A stretch of 63,965 nt of DNA, the filler included, from an uncultured Myxococcia bacterium (GTDB lineage: Bacteria; CAZTWC01): the NCBI GenBank assembly GCA_964617105.1. It is 9 parts of 9 records of this genome, joined end to end, with 100 filler letters (N's around TTAATTAATTAA, not from the genome) between each part and the next. Parts side by side here need not be neighbours in the genome. Positions count along the whole stretch, not along the records: positions 1 to 7,416 come from CAZTWC010000179.1; positions 7,517 to 14,931 come from CAZTWC010000180.1; 7 more parts are not named here. The stretch is one strand, 5' to 3'. The notes beneath the pieces are model-generated. The model worked only from the letters and a program-made list of their open reading frames with translations. It searched no databases and was not told where the DNA came from. Position numbers and translations under genes: made by a program. Of the stretch, positions 1 to 11,990 are shown in pieces; positions within the stretch are counted from its first letter, which is position 1, and the number at the start of each line of letters is the position of its first letter.

Positions 1-348
1 ATCAAAAATAGCTAAAAGGGGTTGTTTGCTTTTTTTAGCGTAAAATATGGCCATAAACAGGCCGCCTAACAGACCGCCGTAATATACCATCCCCCCTTCC
101 CACACTTTAAAAATATCCAAAGGAGCCTGTAAATATCTTGAAAATTGGGTGATGATATAGAGCACCCGGCCTCCCAACAGGATTCCGATTAAGATATAGA
201 GGCAGGTATTGGTGAATTTTTCGGCGTCAAATCCTTTGAGACGGGCTTCACGGACTCCCAGGTAGGTGCAAATTAAATAGGCGCTGGCCATGGCAAAGCC
301 ATAGGTAAAAATTTTAATTGGACCGAGTTGCAATAAAATGGGTTTCAT
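1..348 (-). CDS. lgt: Prolipoprotein diacylglyceryl transferase, N-terminal part (runs off window start)
   Basis: Manual translation from ATG 348: MKPILLQLGPIKIFTYGFAM...LLGGRVLYII...IFKVWEGGMVYYGGLLGG, with the Lgt motifs YG, GGR and WxGGMxxxGG. Not in the ORF track. Confidence 0.9.
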   Translation of the reverse strand, partial: MKPILLQLGPIKIFTYGFAMASAYLICTYLGVREARLKGFDAEKFTNTCLYILIGILLGGRVLYIITQFSRYLQAPLDIFKVWEGGMVYYGGLLGGLFMAIFYAKKSKQPLLAIFD

Positions 349-394
349 CGGTATTCCTTGTTAGAAAAATTATAGGCGGCGATTATCCTGGCCG

Positions 395-1333
395 TTAAAA
401 TTTGATCTCTTGCAGAAATTCTTCCAGGCGCATGTTGAACAATTCCGGCAGGTCTATTTGGGGGAAATGACTCCCCCAGGGGATGACAACATGTTTAGAG
501 TTTTTTATCTTGGCGTTGATTTGGGCCATTACCGGCTCCGGTACTATCAGGTCGCGTTCACCTGCCACGCAAAGGGTGGGACAGGTAATTTCGGAAAGAA
601 TTTTATCGCCGTTGAATTCATGCGTTATTTTCATGTAGTTGAATATAACCGGCAAGGAGAAATTTTTTAGCCGGTCTATATAATTCATCAAGTCGTTGGA
701 AGAGGAAAGCCAAAAACTAAAACCAATTAAACGGGCCAGAAGATTTGGCAGATTGGTTTTAAAGGTATTCTTCCAAAGTAGTTGAATTGGATAAGGATAA
801 GAGGAGATCAGTTTATACAACAGGTTATAGAGAGATGGCATCAGTTTGGTGGAATTGAACATCATCTCAAAGGGACTTCTGGATGAACCTGCTACCAGGG
901 CCATACCATGGAATTTTTCCGGGAAAAGGGAGTAGGCTTTTATAAGAACCGGAACTCCCATGCTGTGTCCTACAAACATGGCCCGATCAATATTGAGCTC
1001 GGTCAATACTTGCTTAAGATCATTTGCACATCTGGTCAGGTTGATTTTATCGATTAAATCAGCCTGGTCTGCTCCCTGGGGGAATTCTGAACGGTTATGA
1101 GCCCGATAATCCCAGAAAACTAACCGGTAGTTTCGGCTGAAATATTTAATTTGGTAAAAGAAACTCAAAGGTGAGCAACTTAGTCCATAACAAAAGACTA
1201 TAGGGGGACCATCTCCAACGTAACTGTAGCCAATTCGCACTCGGTCTTTGGTGACCAGGTAAAATTCATTTAGCCTTTGATTGACGTTATTTTCTTCCTG
1301 CTGTCTGGAAGTTTGAAATATTTGATTTGCCAT
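395..1333 (-). CDS. Alpha/beta fold hydrolase
   Basis: WDYRAH, nucleophile elbow GHSMG, GERDLIVP and a C-terminal catalytic His (GSHFPQ). Confidence 0.85.
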   Translation of the reverse strand: MANQIFQTSRQQEENNVNQRLNEFYLVTKDRVRIGYSYVGDGPPIVFCYGLSCSPLSFFYQIKYFSRNYRLVFWDYRAHNRSEFPQGADQADLIDKINLTRCANDLKQVLTELNIDRAMFVGHSMGVPVLIKAYSLFPEKFHGMALVAGSSRSPFEMMFNSTKLMPSLYNLLYKLISSYPYPIQLLWKNTFKTNLPNLLARLIGFSFWLSSSNDLMNYIDRLKNFSLPVIFNYMKITHEFNGDKILSEITCPTLCVAGERDLIVPEPVMAQINAKIKNSKHVVIPWGSHFPQIDLPELFNMRLEEFLQEIKF

Positions 1334-1345
1334 TCTTAAATTTAC

Positions 1346-1373
1346 TTGAAAAGAATAAAAGTTATGCTATACT
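1346..1373 (+). promoter_or_regulatory. Putative sigma70 promoter for the Hpt-like/receiver/xseA genes
   Basis: TTGAAA (1346-1351), 16-nt spacer, extended -10 TG-c-TATACT (1365-1373). Confidence 0.45.
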
Positions 1374-1518
1374 AAATTTTGCTCAAATAGATTAAATTTG
1401 ATCTTTATAGAAAAATTGGACAATTGTCAATTTCTTCTTAATAGTTATTTTTGTAAGCCCCCATACGTTTATATATATATTAGAGTACCCGCAATCCTTC
1501 CGTGGTGCTAATTGATAG

Positions 1519-2001
1519 ATGGAGACCCGAGTGGTATTAATCACCGAAGAACATTATAGCGATTTTAAAGAAGAATCGGAAGAGATCCTCAACAATATTG
1601 AAAAAGAGTTGTTGGAGATTGAAAAGAACAAAAACTTTTCGCTTTTTTCTCTCAAGGCAATAACCCAGTTTGTCAATAGATTAACTGGTGCTTCATTGGT
1701 CTTGGAACTTCACCATATCAGTCGATTTTGTGAATTGCTGGAAGAGATAACCATTAAAATGGTGGGGAACAAAGAGGAAGTGGCGGTTGAAAAATATATC
1801 AACCTGGGTTTTACCACCCTTGATTCATTGCGGGAGAGTATTAGCGAATTAAAAGATGCCGATTATCAACCGGTGGATCACCAGTTGGAAAATGACTTGA
1901 CTCAGTTTATAGAAGAATATGGCGGCACCAGAAGAAAACTATCCCAGAGAGAGATCGATACAATTATCAAAAAAGGAAAGCGAAAACCTGGGAAGGTTTG
2001 A
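1519..2001 (+). CDS. Hpt/CheA-P1-like four-helix protein lacking the phospho-acceptor His
   Basis: FKEESEEILNNIEKELLEIE...FVNRLTGASLVLELHHISRFCELLE follows the Hpt pattern (H-x-L-K-G-x-S) with N at the His position. C-terminal LSQREIDTII. Confidence 0.6.
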   Translation: METRVVLITEEHYSDFKEESEEILNNIEKELLEIEKNKNFSLFSLKAITQFVNRLTGASLVLELHHISRFCELLEEITIKMVGNKEEVAVEKYINLGFTTLDSLRESISELKDADYQPVDHQLENDLTQFIEEYGGTRRKLSQREIDTIIKKGKRKPGKV

Positions 2002-2019
2002 GGAGCAAAGGATAATATA

Positions 2020-2403
2020 ATGACTGGAAAAGTATTGATTGTAGATGATGACAGGGCTACCCGCAACTATATCGCCTCTTGTTTACAAGAGGCCGGCTAT
2101 CAAACCGAAACCGCAGTTAATGGAGCCGAGGGCTTAGTTTATGTTAAAAAGAATGAATATGATCTTTTACTGGTTGATGTTAATATGCCAATTTTAGATG
2201 GCTTGAAAATGGTAACCGCAGTTAGAAAAGACAATCTTCATGTAGATAAACCAATTGTTATTTTAACCGCTCAGCAAGAGATAAAACTGGTAAATCGTTT
2301 TGCAAATTTGGATATTGATGATTATGTTTTAAAATCTACTCCCAAGGCAGAACTCCTTGCCAGAATAAATGAGGTTTTCGCCTCTGATAAAGATGAGGAA
2401 TAG
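2020..2403 (+). CDS. Single-domain response regulator (CheY-like receiver)
   Basis: VLIVDDD, DLLLVDVNMPILDG (phospho-Asp), IVILTA, DYVLK. Confidence 0.92.
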   Translation: MTGKVLIVDDDRATRNYIASCLQEAGYQTETAVNGAEGLVYVKKNEYDLLLVDVNMPILDGLKMVTAVRKDNLHVDKPIVILTAQQEIKLVNRFANLDIDDYVLKSTPKAELLARINEVFASDKDEE

Positions 2404-2429
2404 TCACGCCTTAATGATGCCTTCAATTA

Positions 2430-3629
2430 ATGATAGATTTCGACCCGAAGATATTTTCAGTATTTGAACTGACCTCCCAAATAAAAAAAATTTTAGAGAA
2501 TGATTTTACCCGTATTTCTGTATGCGGAGAGATATCTAACTTTACCCGGGCGCGTTCCGGTCACTGGTATTTTGTGCTCAAAGATGAGAGGGCGCTCATT
2601 AAGGCGGTAATGTTCAAAAGAAGCAACCTGAAAAGTGACCTGACCCCTACCGATGGCCTCCAGGTGGTGTGTTTGGGAAATGTAACTCTTTACGAACCTC
2701 ATGGCGCTTTGCAAATAATAATCGAGCAGATAAAGCCTTTGGGAGTAGGTGCTCTTTTTCAGGCCTTTGAACGGCTAAAAGAGCGTTTACAAACAGAGGG
2801 ATTGTTTGATCCTCAGCATAAAAAATCGTTGCCACTATTTCCCCGTGGGGTGGGGGTGGTGACGTCGCCCACCGGCGCAGCGGTGCGAGATATACTAAAA
2901 ATTCTGGGAGAGAAATTTCCCGGTATCAGAGTGATAATTTACCCAGTAAAGGTGCAAGGAGATGGCGCGGCAGCAGAGATCGCCGCTGCTTTGGAGTGCT
3001 TAAATCGGTTGGATAAATTGGATGTGATAATTGTTGCCCGGGGAGGTGGCTCATTAGAGGATTTGTGGCCTTTTAACCAGGAGGAGGTGGCTCGGGCTAT
3101 TTACAACTCTGCTCTCCCGGTTATCTCCGGGGTGGGGCATGAAACCGATTTTACCATTGCCGATTTTGTATCCGACTTTAGAGCGCCTACCCCAACCGCT
3201 GCTGCAGATATGGCTGTCCCTAACGCTGCGGAGATCCGGGAAAAAGTGGATATCTATAGCCGCCGGATACAAGATGCCTGGCAGAAGCAGTTCAGAGAGG
3301 TTAAAAATCGTTTCCATATTTTGGAGAAACAATTAATATCTCCCAATAAAGTAATTGAAAACCAGCAGTTACAACTAGATGACTTGACTTTTAAACTACA
3401 AACAGCAATCCAGAGGACTTTGCGGGAGATACGGGTTAAGTTGGAGAACAGCAAGAGTCAGTTAGTAGTTTTAAACCCTATGAATGTACTAAAAAGGGGT
3501 TATTGTCTGGCCCAAATAACCCCCTCTGGCCGGGTTTTGATTGACAGCAAACAGGTAGCAGGAGGGGAGCAACTGCTCCTTACTCTGAACCGGGGAAAAG
3601 TTAATTGCCGGGTAACCGGCTCGGATTAG
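2430..3629 (+). CDS. xseA: Exodeoxyribonuclease VII large subunit
   Basis: GEISNF..SGHWYF, VVTSPTGAAVRDI, RGGGSLEDLWPFN, GVGHETDFTIADFVSDFRAPTPTAAA. Confidence 0.96.
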   Translation: MIDFDPKIFSVFELTSQIKKILENDFTRISVCGEISNFTRARSGHWYFVLKDERALIKAVMFKRSNLKSDLTPTDGLQVVCLGNVTLYEPHGALQIIIEQIKPLGVGALFQAFERLKERLQTEGLFDPQHKKSLPLFPRGVGVVTSPTGAAVRDILKILGEKFPGIRVIIYPVKVQGDGAAAEIAAALECLNRLDKLDVIIVARGGGSLEDLWPFNQEEVARAIYNSALPVISGVGHETDFTIADFVSDFRAPTPTAAADMAVPNAAEIREKVDIYSRRIQDAWQKQFREVKNRFHILEKQLISPNKVIENQQLQLDDLTFKLQTAIQRTLREIRVKLENSKSQLVVLNPMNVLKRGYCLAQITPSGRVLIDSKQVAGGEQLLLTLNRGKVNCRVTGSD

Positions 3630-6600
3630 ATGATGGATATGACTAAACCAATAAACATTTTTATCTTCAAGAGTAGATGGAAATCGATGTTTATCGTTCT
3701 GCTGTTGCTGCTCTTGCCTCTGTTTTCCTGTAGTAAGTTCAATGCACCCGATTATGTTCAGGTTGAAAATGGTGTTTTAAATCTTACAGCCCATGGTTTT
3801 TCCCAACTTGGGTACCTACCCCTGGCTGGTTCCTGGAAATTTAAACCCCTGGCCGACAGTATTGATTTTGCTTCTCCGAGTTTTGATGATTCATCCTGGG
3901 AGCAGTTGACCGTACCTGGCGATTGGAACCACAAAATATCCAATGGGCAGGGATACGGCTGGCTGAGGCTGACTGTAAAGTTGCCCCGGTTAGAGGCGCC
4001 GTTAAAACTGGGAATATCTATCCGTCGATTCAACACTGCTTATGAGTTCTATATAAATGGCAAACTGCTTATGTCTAGCGGTAAAGTTGGATTTGATAAA
4101 GAGAGTGAAATCTCCAATCTCAAGTCGCAACTGCATGTGGTAGAGTTACCCATTGGCACTGAGGAGTTAGTGCTGGCTATCAGGGGCAGTAATTTCCACC
4201 ATGCCCGGGGAGGACTTGAGATTGCCCCCTGGCTGGGAAAAAGCCAGCCGTTAAAGGTTAAAATTTGGTGGGAAGACTTTGGAGTAATTCTCGGTTTGGG
4301 AATCCTGCTGATAGCGGCAGTTATTAACCTGATGTTTTGGCTTATTCGGCTGGAGGAGAAGTCCTACCTTTATCTTGCTATCTTTAGCATGGCCATTATG
4401 ATTTATCAAATGGCGGCCAATGACCTGTTGGAGAATTTTTTTTGCTATTCCCAGATTTATGAATGGCGGCGCAAGGCTGAATACCTGGGCCTAATTTTGG
4501 CAGCCATCACTTTTTATCACTATCACTGCCAGTTTTTCCAGGTAAAGGCTTTTTTTCGTCTGCACCCGGCAGTTAATCTTTTTGCCCTGTTTTTTTTAAT
4601 TTTTACTATGGTGGCCACTGATCTGCTATATTCCCGTTTTCTATGGGCATATTTAATTTATATAGTGGCAATTGTTTTTATGGTGGTATTTATTTCTCTG
4701 AGGGAAACCATAAGAAAGAATACCAAATCCTATTTGATGACCGTGGCGTTTGGGCTAGTTTTTTTGGGGACTATACACGACATTTTGGTGTTTTACCAGG
4801 TTTTTCAGCCACCGAAATTATTGTTGGCTTCCATGGTTATATTTATAGTGTTGACTTCCCTGAATTTGGCCCTGGTTCATGGCCGTGCCTTTTCCGAGAT
4901 GAAAAGGTTGATGGCCACCATGCAAAAGTCGGAGCAATTTTACTTAGATGTTATCAACAGTGCTTCGGATATGATTTTTATCTCTGATATCGGTATGAGA
5001 ACCACTTACTGTAATAGTGCGGCCAGGGAGTATTACCAGTTGGGACACCGGCAATTTGTATTTATCCCCCTCCCTTTTTTCTGGTGCGGTGATTCCCTTG
5101 ATATGGTGCAGGATAGTTTTGAAGAGGTGATGGAGAGCCATAAGCCCATTTCTGTTGTGGCTGGCTGCCTTGATGTGCTGCACGATGTTCGTCTTACCCC
5201 GGTAATTCAGGATGGCGAGGTGGTGCAAGTGGTTTGCATTGTCAGGGATTTGACCGAACGGATAAAAATGGAGAATGAGTTGCGGGAGCGGGAAAACAGG
5301 CTGGCGATAATCCTGGATAACGTCCAGGCCGGAGTAGTGCTTATCGATATTAAAACCCACAGGGTGATAGAAATTAATAGCATTGGCGCTGAAGTTATCG
5401 GTTTGCCTAAGGGGAAAATTAAAGGAGGGGCTTGCTCACAGTTTATCTGCCACGATGAAGAGCAGGACTGTCCGGTTTTGCTGGGTAAGGTAAAAAAACT
5501 TAACCGGGTGGAGCGTCAACTGCGCACTGCCTCCGGTAAAACAGTACCGATAATTAAGAGTGCTCTGCCCATTACTTTGGGGGGTAAGAATGTTATTTTA
5601 GAGAGTTTTATAGATATTACCGAGTTGAAGGTGGCTGAAGACGCTTTGGCCAAGGCCTACGATAAGTTAACCGAAATGAATGTTACCCTCAAGCATCGGG
5701 TAAGAGATGAGTTGAGCAAAAGTCGCGCTAAAGATCACATCATCCAAAAGCAAACCAGACAGGCCTCCATGGGGGAGATGATCGGCAATATCGCCCACCA
5801 GTGGCGGCAGCCTTTGAGTGGACTAAGTTCTATCATCCAGGACTTGCAGGATGCCTTTCAATACGATGAGTTAGACGAAGACTATATGAACCGAAGCGTG
5901 GAGCAAGCCAAACAACTAGCTGGGCACATGTCCAAGACCATAGATGATTTCCGTAATTTTTTTAAACCCGACAAGGAGAAAATCCTTTTTGATTTAAAAG
6001 ACAGCATAAAACACAGTCTATCTATTATAGACGCCAGTTTGAAGAATAACTATATCGAAGTGAAAATGGAAGGGGAGAATGGATTTCTGGTAAACGGTTA
6101 TCCCCGGGAATTCGAACAGGTAGTGCTTAATATCATTAGTAATGCCCAGGGGGCTTTAAAGGAGACTGGGAGGGAAAATCATCCCTTTGTCGAAATAAAA
6201 ATTATCAAGCAGGATGAAGATGTGGTGGTATCTATCGCTGATAATGGCGGCGGTATTCCAGAAGATATTATCGACAAGGTTTTCGAGCCTTATTTTACCA
6301 CCAAAGACCAGGGGCAGGGCACTGGTGTGGGCCTCTATATGTCAAAAACCATTGTTGAAAAAAACATGGGCGGCATCCTCTCGGTAGATAACATAGATGG
6401 TGGTGCTCAATTTAACATCACTCTGCCTCAGTTATCTGGTAATGGGAAAACAGAAGTTGAGAAAGAAAGGGAAAAAGTCCGGGACCCTCACACCGGATTG
6501 TTGAACCGTAAGGGATTTATTACCTTGGGGCAACAGCAACTCGATTTGATCAGGGCAGGAGCAAAAGAAATGGTGCTGGTATTGATAAAACTCAGCAATT

Positions 6601-6932
6601 TCCCCAGTCTTAATGAGTCATCTATCCAGCAAAGCGACCAGGCTATCCGCGATTTGGCCGATCTTATTACCGATACCTTTCGCTCATCAGACCTGCCCTT
6701 TCGAATAGCGCAAGATCATTTTGTTGTTTTGGCTGCTGTCGCTTCCAGCGATGATGCACACCTCCTGAAGGAACATCTTGATGATAGCATTACAAATCAC
6801 AATTCTTCTAAAAAACGGGAATATTTACTGGCCGTTACCGTGGAAACAATTATTTGTGATCTGGAAACAGATATCTCCCTGGCCGAGATTATTGACAGTT
6901 CAGCCATTCGTTTTTCTTTTAATGAAACGTAA
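3630..6932 (+). CDS. Membrane sensor histidine kinase: 7TM-DISM-type sensor, two PAS domains, HisKA/HATPase and a C-terminal degenerate GGDEF
   Basis: Extracellular LAGSWKF/VPGDW/GYGW sugar-binding-like domain and about 7 hydrophobic helices. PAS-like segments. H-box IAHQWRQPL, NIISNA, DNGGGI, FEPYFTTK, GTGVGL. Then RDPHTGLLNRKGF...RSSD..AQDHF. Confidence 0.88.
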   Translation: MMDMTKPINIFIFKSRWKSMFIVLLLLLLPLFSCSKFNAPDYVQVENGVLNLTAHGFSQLGYLPLAGSWKFKPLADSIDFASPSFDDSSWEQLTVPGDWNHKISNGQGYGWLRLTVKLPRLEAPLKLGISIRRFNTAYEFYINGKLLMSSGKVGFDKESEISNLKSQLHVVELPIGTEELVLAIRGSNFHHARGGLEIAPWLGKSQPLKVKIWWEDFGVILGLGILLIAAVINLMFWLIRLEEKSYLYLAIFSMAIMIYQMAANDLLENFFCYSQIYEWRRKAEYLGLILAAITFYHYHCQFFQVKAFFRLHPAVNLFALFFLIFTMVATDLLYSRFLWAYLIYIVAIVFMVVFISLRETIRKNTKSYLMTVAFGLVFLGTIHDILVFYQVFQPPKLLLASMVIFIVLTSLNLALVHGRAFSEMKRLMATMQKSEQFYLDVINSASDMIFISDIGMRTTYCNSAAREYYQLGHRQFVFIPLPFFWCGDSLDMVQDSFEEVMESHKPISVVAGCLDVLHDVRLTPVIQDGEVVQVVCIVRDLTERIKMENELRERENRLAIILDNVQAGVVLIDIKTHRVIEINSIGAEVIGLPKGKIKGGACSQFICHDEEQDCPVLLGKVKKLNRVERQLRTASGKTVPIIKSALPITLGGKNVILESFIDITELKVAEDALAKAYDKLTEMNVTLKHRVRDELSKSRAKDHIIQKQTRQASMGEMIGNIAHQWRQPLSGLSSIIQDLQDAFQYDELDEDYMNRSVEQAKQLAGHMSKTIDDFRNFFKPDKEKILFDLKDSIKHSLSIIDASLKNNYIEVKMEGENGFLVNGYPREFEQVVLNIISNAQGALKETGRENHPFVEIKIIKQDEDVVVSIADNGGGIPEDIIDKVFEPYFTTKDQGQGTGVGLYMSKTIVEKNMGGILSVDNIDGGAQFNITLPQLSGNGKTEVEKEREKVRDPHTGLLNRKGFITLGQQQLDLIRAGAKEMVLVLIKLSNFPSLNESSIQQSDQAIRDLADLITDTFRSSDLPFRIAQDHFVVLAAVASSDDAHLLKEHLDDSITNHNSSKKREYLLAVTVETIICDLETDISLAEIIDSSAIRFSFNET

Positions 6933-7064
6933 AAAATCTAGTCCTTAACATCTATTTTTCCCTTGATTTTTAATAGAAGATATGCTATATAATATAATTC
7001 TGTGCCTGTTTGTATTGATATGTATTTTCATGTAGATAGATGAATTTCAAGAGGTAGATTTATT

Positions 7065-7416
7065 ATGCATCGCAAGAGGTATTTGCTGGTTCCGGCTTTT
7101 CTTATTGTCGTGGCAATTGTAATGTTCAGTCCATTATCCTGGGGGACGGAAAAGGACTATGATGTGCTGGAGAACAAGATGTTTACCACCAAAGGTAAAC
7201 ATGGATTGGGAACAACCTTTATTACCAGTTTCGGTAATGCGCTCACCTCCCATTCAGGCGCTACTCTCACCTACTGCTATCACTTTATGGACAGTTTGGC
7301 CCTGGAGTTGCACGGCGGTTATGATTTCAGCGCCAAATACTCCAAACTAAAAGATGCTGCCGCCAAAACTGCCCCATCGGGCCTGGATGATCAATCTTCC
7401 GATGTGACCGACATGG
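7065..7416 (+). CDS. Outer-membrane beta-barrel domain protein of the myxobacterial/Bdellovibrio type, truncated by contig end
   Basis: Signal peptide followed by VLENKMFTTKGKHGLG...YHFMDSLALELHGGY, resembling the TIGR04565-type barrel N-terminus (from recall). Confidence 0.55.
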
Positions 7417-7516
7417 NNNNNNNNNNNNNNNNNNNNNNNNNNNNNNNNNNNNNNNNNNNNTTAATTAATTAANNNNNNNNNNNNNNNNNNNNNNNNNNNN
7501 NNNNNNNNNNNNNNNN
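7417..7516. other. Artificial contig linker (N44-TTAATTAATTAA-N44); identical linkers at 14932-15031, 22435-22534, 29912-30011, 37382-37481, 44852-44951, 52298-52397 and 59729-59828
   Basis: Eight identical 100-nt spacers with stops in all six frames; contig lengths decrease along the window. Confidence 0.99.
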
Positions 7517-7517
7517 T

Positions 7518-7967
7518 GTAATCGCTCATGATCCTTTTATCAGCGTGGAAGAGGGTGAAAAACTAGGAGTAAAAATGGTTTCTTTTGATCAACTACTCCA
7601 GGAGGCTGACTTTTTGACCATCCATGTGAAAAAGAGTAACCAAACAACCGATTTGCTGGATGAAGCCGCTTTTGCCAAAATGAAAAAAGGGATCAGCATT
7701 GTCAATTGTTCCCGGGGTGGTATAGTCAACGAACAGGCTATGAAAAATTCTTTGGATAACGGGACTGTTAAGCGGGCCGCTATCGATGTGTATATGAATG
7801 AACCGGCTCCACAGGGACATATCCTGGTAGACCATCCGGCTGTCATCTGCACCCCTCATATCGGCGCCTCCACCCGTGAGGCTCAAATAATTGTAGCGGA
7901 TGCGGTAGCCCGCCAGATAAGCGACTACTTACTTGACGGCAAAGTAGTCAACTGTGTTAACCGATAA
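7518..7967 (+). CDS. serA: D-3-phosphoglycerate dehydrogenase / D-2-hydroxyacid dehydrogenase, C-terminal part (5' cut by gap)
   Basis: VIAHDPF, DFLTIHV, VNCSRGGIVNE, AAIDVYMNEP, TPHIGASTREAQ. No ACT domain. Confidence 0.75.
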   Translation, partial: VIAHDPFISVEEGEKLGVKMVSFDQLLQEADFLTIHVKKSNQTTDLLDEAAFAKMKKGISIVNCSRGGIVNEQAMKNSLDNGTVKRAAIDVYMNEPAPQGHILVDHPAVICTPHIGASTREAQIIVADAVARQISDYLLDGKVVNCVNR

Positions 7968-7973
7968 AATTGA

Positions 7974-9269
<1,296 letters not shown>

Positions 9270-9322
9270 TCCGGTTTTGTCAACCCCGGGCATGAGCCCA
9301 AGGTTTTAAAGCGGAAGTAAAT

Positions 9323-9345
9323 AACTCGGGATTGAAATTCCGGGA
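9323..9345. repeat. REP-like palindrome AACTCGGGATTGAAATTCCGGGA (near-copy at 29028-29050)
   Basis: 20/23 identity to the nuoB-nuoC intergenic copy. Imperfect hairpin followed by a T-tract. Confidence 0.5.
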
Positions 9346-9370
9346 TTTTTTTTTCATTTAAAAAAAAGGG

Positions 9371-9398
9371 TTGAAAAAAATTTAAAACTCTCTATTAT
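9371..9398 (+). promoter_or_regulatory. Putative sigma70 promoter of groESL
   Basis: TTGAAA (9371-9376) and TATTAT (9393-9398), immediately upstream of the CIRCE element. Confidence 0.5.
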
Positions 9399-9405
9399 CT
9401 ATCTT

Positions 9406-9432
9406 CTAGCACTCTGGTCTTCCGAGTGCTAG
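9406..9432. promoter_or_regulatory. CIRCE element (HrcA operator)
   Basis: CTAGCACTC-N9(tggtcttcc)-GAGTGCTAG matches TTAGCACTC-N9-GAGTGCTAA, located upstream of groES. Confidence 0.93.
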
Positions 9433-9496
9433 TTTTTCTGAATTATCAATTTGGCGGACATCTTATCCATCCGTCAGTATAGAAAGGAGTTCTATT

Positions 9497-9784
9497 ATGG
9501 GAATAAGACCATTACACGATCGTATACTGATTAAGCGTTCTGAGCACTTGGAAATCACTAGTGGCGGAATAATCATCCCCGATACTGCCAAAGAAAAACC
9601 CATGGAAGGTGAAGTTATTGCTGTTGGACATGGCCGCCAATTTGTTAATGGCGAAATCCGCCCTCTCGAGGTAAAAATTGGAGATAAAGTGCTATATGGA
9701 AAATATTCAGGCACCGAAATAAAAATAGATGACCATGAACATCTGATGATTCGGGAAGATGATGTTCTAGGTATTTTCTCATAA
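9497..9784 (+). CDS. groES: Co-chaperonin GroES
   Basis: [42 protein letters not shown]. Confidence 0.98.
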   Translation: MGIRPLHDRILIKRSEHLEITSGGIIIPDTAKEKPMEGEVIAVGHGRQFVNGEIRPLEVKIGDKVLYGKYSGTEIKIDDHEHLMIREDDVLGIFS

Positions 9785-9802
9785 TAAATTATGCTTTAAT
9801 AG

Positions 9803-11539
<1,737 letters not shown>

Positions 11540-11589
11540 TAATGCCCGCAGGGGAGAAAGAATCCTCCCCTGGTTTACCTATGCAATAT

Positions 11590-11626
11590 AAAAGGGGATG
11601 AGCATATTGTTCATCCCCTTTTTTTT
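11590..11626. terminator. Bidirectional intrinsic terminator between groEL and the convergent STAS gene
   Basis: AAAAGGGGATGAGC-ATATT-GTTCATCCCCTTTT followed by a T-run. Confidence 0.85.
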
Positions 11627-11657
11627 GTCAAACCTCAAGGGTTCGCTCAAAAATTAA

Positions 11658-11990
11658 CTAGAACTCTTTTAACATCTCTTCTCGTGATCTATAATAGGTA
11701 AACAGGCTAAACAGGCTGGTAGTTTTAAAAATATCGATAATATGGGCTGAGGGATTAAAGACACAAAATTTCTTTTCCCCATTTTTGGTTGCCCGATAAA
11801 ATTCCAAAATTTCGTTGAGGCCAATACTGGTCAGAATTCCCAACTCAGTTAAATCCAGCGCGATTTTATTATATTCCCCGCTCAGTACTGACTTGGCGAT
11901 CATCCGCATTTTAGGTGCCGTTTCCATAACCAGGTTACCTTTGATCGTTACAATGGCTATCCCTTCAATATTTACTATATCAATTTCCAT
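11658..11990 (-). CDS. STAS-domain anti-sigma-factor antagonist
   Basis: VTIKGNL, IALDLTELGILTSIGL, VFNPSAHIIDIFKTTSLFSLF. Confidence 0.85.
   Translation of the reverse strand: MEIDIVNIEGIAIVTIKGNLVMETAPKMRMIAKSVLSGEYNKIALDLTELGILTSIGLNEILEFYRATKNGEKKFCVFNPSAHIIDIFKTTSLFSLFTYYRSREEMLKEF

Noticed and set aside
7417..7516. Regularly spaced TTAATTAATTAA palindromes, and ORFs ending in XXXLIN
   Set aside because: Artificial contig linkers. No biological meaning, and no synteny can be inferred across them.
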